In this document: in pieces, positions 60,158 through 64,000 of the stretch | Layout of the letters: each line of letters begins with the position of its first letter | Numbering within the stretch: the stretch's first letter is position 1 | Assembly: GCA_010093605.1 (NCBI GenBank) | Contig: MU004196.1 | Span: 1,200,606 to 1,264,605 of the forward strand | DNA length: 64,000 nt | Origin: Lophium mytilinum | Taxonomy: Eukaryota | Direction of reading: 5' to 3' | Program-made: the position numbers and the translations under genes | The notes under the pieces: generated by a model | Databases searched by the model: none | What the model was told of the DNA's origin: nothing | What the model saw: the letters and a program-made list of their open reading frames with translations, nothing else

Positions 60158-60837
60158 TCTGATGGACTAGAGAGTTTTCTTTTGATGAAGTGCAAGTTGA
60201 AAAGTGGATAGATGGAGAAAAGAAGATGAGGGTTGACGAAGTATATGTATATATAGGCCTTGTGAACTACGGCAGTTTGAATCACCCTCCCAGACCCGGT
60301 AGACGCAAATAAAGCATTCCGGCTCCGGGATCTCCGCATGAATGATCCATTTATTTCTCGATCTAGATCGTGAAAGTTCGTACGAGATGCGAGAGGTAAT
60401 TGAAGTGGGGGAAATCCATGACGTGAGGGCGGGGATAAGATGGAGTTAAGAAGCTATCAGGGTCACTGATAGGTAGTATACGAAATACTGTGGTGTCCCC
60501 GCCTTACATTCATCGATGGCCTGTGGAGCGTCTCATAACGCGTTTTCAGGGTGTAGTAAGGTGTTGAGGGATCCAATGAGATGGATTTCAGGGGTGATGT
60601 CAGATTCCTAGATCACGTGTGTCATCCCGCAACGCCAAGTTCAACCTCACCTCATCGTCTCTCCCATCCCATCTCATCTCGACACTATAACGCTGCCGGC
60701 GATAGAATTCTCAAGCTGATTGTGCAACTTGCTGTCACCACTAACTCAGCTTATATTGACTCTACAAAGCTCTAGAATCCGGACCTCTAGAACTAGAATA
60801 CCTTCTAGGACTCCCTTCGAACCTCAATACAAGCGAC

Positions 60838-61560
60838 ATGCCGAAGGACAAGACTGACATACCCCTCGACGACGGCAAATACCACATGCTACTTTGCGCT
60901 TCTGGCTCGGTTGCCACGATAAAGATCCCCGTAATCGTAGCTGCACTTGGACGCTACAGGAACATCTCAATACGTATCATCCTCACCAAATCCGCCACCG
61001 CGTTCCTTGCTGGACAGAGTACGGAGCAACCGGACTTACACACAATATCAACATCGCCATATGTCGACGGAATATACGAGGATGAGGACGAATGGAAACA
61101 GCCTTGGGTACGAGGAAACAAGATCCTGCATATCGAACTCCGGAGGTGGGCAGACATTATGGTGGTGGCGCCGTTGAGTGCGAATTCACTCGCCAAGATT
61201 GCTGGTGGACTCTGTGACAACCTTCTGCTGTCGACGATTCGGGCATGGGATACAACAGGGGAGTTGGATTTGGTGCGTCATGGCCTGGAAAAGAAGGTGA
61301 TTGTTGTAGCACCGGCGATGAATACGGCTATGTGGAAACAACCTATCACGGCACTCCATGTCAAGCTCTTGGAGAACGACTGGGGAGTGGATAACGGAGG
61401 GTGGATTCAAGTTTTACGACCTGCCGAGAAAGAGCTAGCTTGTGGAGATACGGGTATTGGCGCGATGACAAATTTCCAGGAGATCGTAAACGTTATCGTC
61501 ACTAGACTTGGACTAGAGGAGAGCAATGATGCTGTCAGAAATTTGGAGTCTTCACAATGA
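60838..61560 (+). CDS. Phosphopantothenoylcysteine decarboxylase (HFCD flavoprotein, Cab3/Hal3 family)
   Basis: SGSVATIK, LHIELRRWAD, APLSANSLAK, PAMNTAMW, LACGDTGIGAM; both the catalytic His and Cys motifs are present. Confidence 0.92.
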   Translation: MPKDKTDIPLDDGKYHMLLCASGSVATIKIPVIVAALGRYRNISIRIILTKSATAFLAGQSTEQPDLHTISTSPYVDGIYEDEDEWKQPWVRGNKILHIELRRWADIMVVAPLSANSLAKIAGGLCDNLLLSTIRAWDTTGELDLVRHGLEKKVIVVAPAMNTAMWKQPITALHVKLLENDWGVDNGGWIQVLRPAEKELACGDTGIGAMTNFQEIVNVIVTRLGLEESNDAVRNLESSQ

Positions 61561-62008
61561 GCGGCCAACAATTACCTTTGCAGGAAAAGGCAATAACTGA
61601 TCCCACCATAGAGAGCTCTTTGAAGCGACTAGGACGCTCACCGCGAGATGAACTATTGTTTGGATCAAAAGAGCGGAAGATCAAAATATACCCACGACGG
61701 CTCAGGGATAGATGGTCGACTGTTGTCCAGAAGCTGTGGCGATGTACCATTGTAAGGCTTGGGCGCCGTCAAGAACAGAGTCAAGTAATGGTCACGTTGC
61801 TATGTTATCCGTCAACTATTCACTGTTCCAAACTCGTTCACTCCAAACTCCTGGAATGTTTGCCTACAAATTGCAATGTCTTTGCCATTCCACAACATGT
61901 CGATCTCTCAAACTGAATTTGTTCATCTCCCACCACCAGATCTCCACTCGCACACTATCACCACATCTGTCTTCCATATAATCAATCCTTCTTCCTATCT
62001 CTAGCAGA

Positions 62009-63380
62009 ATGGCCGACCAGGGCTTTGGAAATCGGATGCGACAACTCGTCGGGTTAGGCGGTAACAAGAAGGGCAGGGTAAGGCATTTCAACCCCATACT
62101 TCCTTCGACCGTTACCTAACATATGCTCACAGCCCTCAAAGATTCCCACCACCGTCGGACCGGCCTCTAACTTACGACAGCGCGTTACCAAACCCAACGT
62201 CCGAGCTCAGGGTCCGTCCAAGGATCTGCTCAAGCAAGCACTCCTTAACCATACCCAGAACGGAACAATCGCCGCCCTCGCAATTCTGAACAAGCCGGCC
62301 ATGCGTCCGCAGGGTAACGCATCTACCTCGAAAGGCGTCGATGATGCCGATTCTTCCGACGACGAAGATGTCGAGGAAATGGAGCTTGTACAGCATACCG
62401 CCAACCGAACCGCCGCCCGAGTTTCCACCCCTGGGACCTTCACCCGAACGTCCCTCGACTACCACCCGCACCTCCACCTCGGTAGCTTCGAGATCGGCAG
62501 GGCCCTCGGCCGCGGCAAATTCGGTCGCGTCTATCTCGCGCGGCACCGCGACTCTTCCTTCATCTGCGCCCTGAAAGTCCTCACAAAGGCCCAGATCGCC
62601 AGCGAAGGAGACGAGAATCTCGTCCGCCGCGAAATCGAGATTCACTCAAAACTCTCCCATCCGGGTATATTGAAGTTCTACACCTGGTTCTACGACGCCA
62701 CTCGCGTGTTCCTAGTCCTTGAATATGCGCCGGGTGGGGAGCTATTTCGGAAGCTGCAGAAAAAGGGGAAGTTCGGCGAGCACGAGGCTGCGGTGTATGT
62801 GGCACAGGTTGCGGATGCGTTGGCGTATATGCACAAGAAAAACATTATGCATCGCGATATCAAGCCTGAGAATATCCTACTAGGATTTCATGGGGAGATC
62901 AAGCTTGCGGATTTTGGGTATAGCGTCCATTCGGCTTCGAATCTGAGGAGCTCGCTTTGTGGGACTATCGACTACATCCCACCGGAGATCGCGAGGCAGT
63001 TGCGGAAAGTTAGGCCGGGGAAAGAGGAGTTTTACAATCGGAATGTGGATCTCTGGTCGCTGGGTGTATTGGCGTATGAGTTGATGACGGGGAAGCCGCC
63101 GTTTGAGATGCCGACGAGGGAGCAGACGGAGAAAAAGATCCTGACGGGCAAGGTGCAGAGGACTGGTGTTGAGATGTCGAAGGAGGCGAAGTCTTTTATT
63201 CGAGCAGTAAGTTTCTTCTAATCTACGCACATTCGTCTTTGTCAATATATGCTAACGTTCTCCTAGCTTCTAGTCTTGAATCCAGATGAACGGTTGCCGC
63301 TAGATCAAGTCCTCGAGCATCCTTGGATCGTGATGCACTGCGGTCGGATTAGGAGCTCTAGAGGCATTTTCGGGTATTGA
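62009..63380 (+). CDS. Aurora-family Ser/Thr kinase, 2 introns
   Basis: FEIGRALGRGKFGRVYLAR, RREIEIH, HRDIKPEN, DFGYSVH...LCGTIDYIPPE; last exon LLVLNPDERLPL..VLEHPWI. Confidence 0.88.
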
Positions 63381-64000
63381 GATGGTGTGTCGGCTTGGCT
63401 TGATGCCTTGCAAGCTATTGTTATCAGCGACAAACTTTACCATAGCGTCGGGTGTCTGTGTGGTGAGCATGGGAATGCTCTTTACGGACTCTCAGAGGAG
63501 GGATGTAAGGTTCCGCCAAAAGGCCGTAAGCCATAAGGTATGGTGTATGTGAACTGTGGCGATGCCTACATCGCTACGTCTCCAGACCTGGGCTCCATTC
63601 TTAGTTCCGAATTGACGATAATGCTACAAAACACGATCACTGAACACAGGTATATATGTAACGTCTGTCGCTGATTCTTAGCCCTAACTTGCATGGTACG
63701 AAAAAGTAATCACTACACCTATAATCCATATTCCTCGAAACCCTATCAACCTATTCTCACGTACTCACAACTCAGCAGTGCAAAGCCAACACACGATAAT
63801 AAGTATACGATTCGGACTCCCTCTGCAGTACGTATGGCGCGTAATTTAAGTTTGTGGAGATCGCTTTCCTGACTCCTAACATAACGCTACGGCCACAAGA
63901 AATGGCTCCGAAATAGGCACAAAGACTATAGCAACCGCTATACTCGCAAAGGAGCCACCCGCCTAGTTAATGAAATCGCGTCGGCTGCACAAAACTTCGT

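Overview
Genomic DNA from a filamentous ascomycete (Pezizomycotina), with short GT..AG introns and CTAAC/CTGAC branch sites. Left (1-21 kb): partial kinase, an MFS / NmrA-like / CYP505 / Zn2Cys6 group, an OST-alpha-like membrane protein, a TPR gene, a kinase-RING-RhoGAP fusion lacking the GAP arginine finger, and two degenerate 160-180 bp tandem repeat families. Middle (22-31 kb): compact housekeeping genes (UTP25, eIF3f, TAF13, KSH1, AHC1-like). Accessory island (33-51 kb): the main finding is a head-to-head two-gene module repeated three times. Each module pairs a DUF6590-like/PemK-MazF-like gene (minus strand) with an acidic coiled-coil gene (plus strand). A fourth MazF-like domain lies in frame behind a stop codon, and a HET-domain gene with a nonsense codon is adjacent. 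The module is a candidate fungal toxin-antitoxin, killer or defence system; this is inference, not tested. Right (52-64 kb): protoglobin-like gene, MFS + Zn2Cys6, aldo-keto reductase, PPC decarboxylase and an Aurora-like kinase. Family names come from motif recognition, not database searches.
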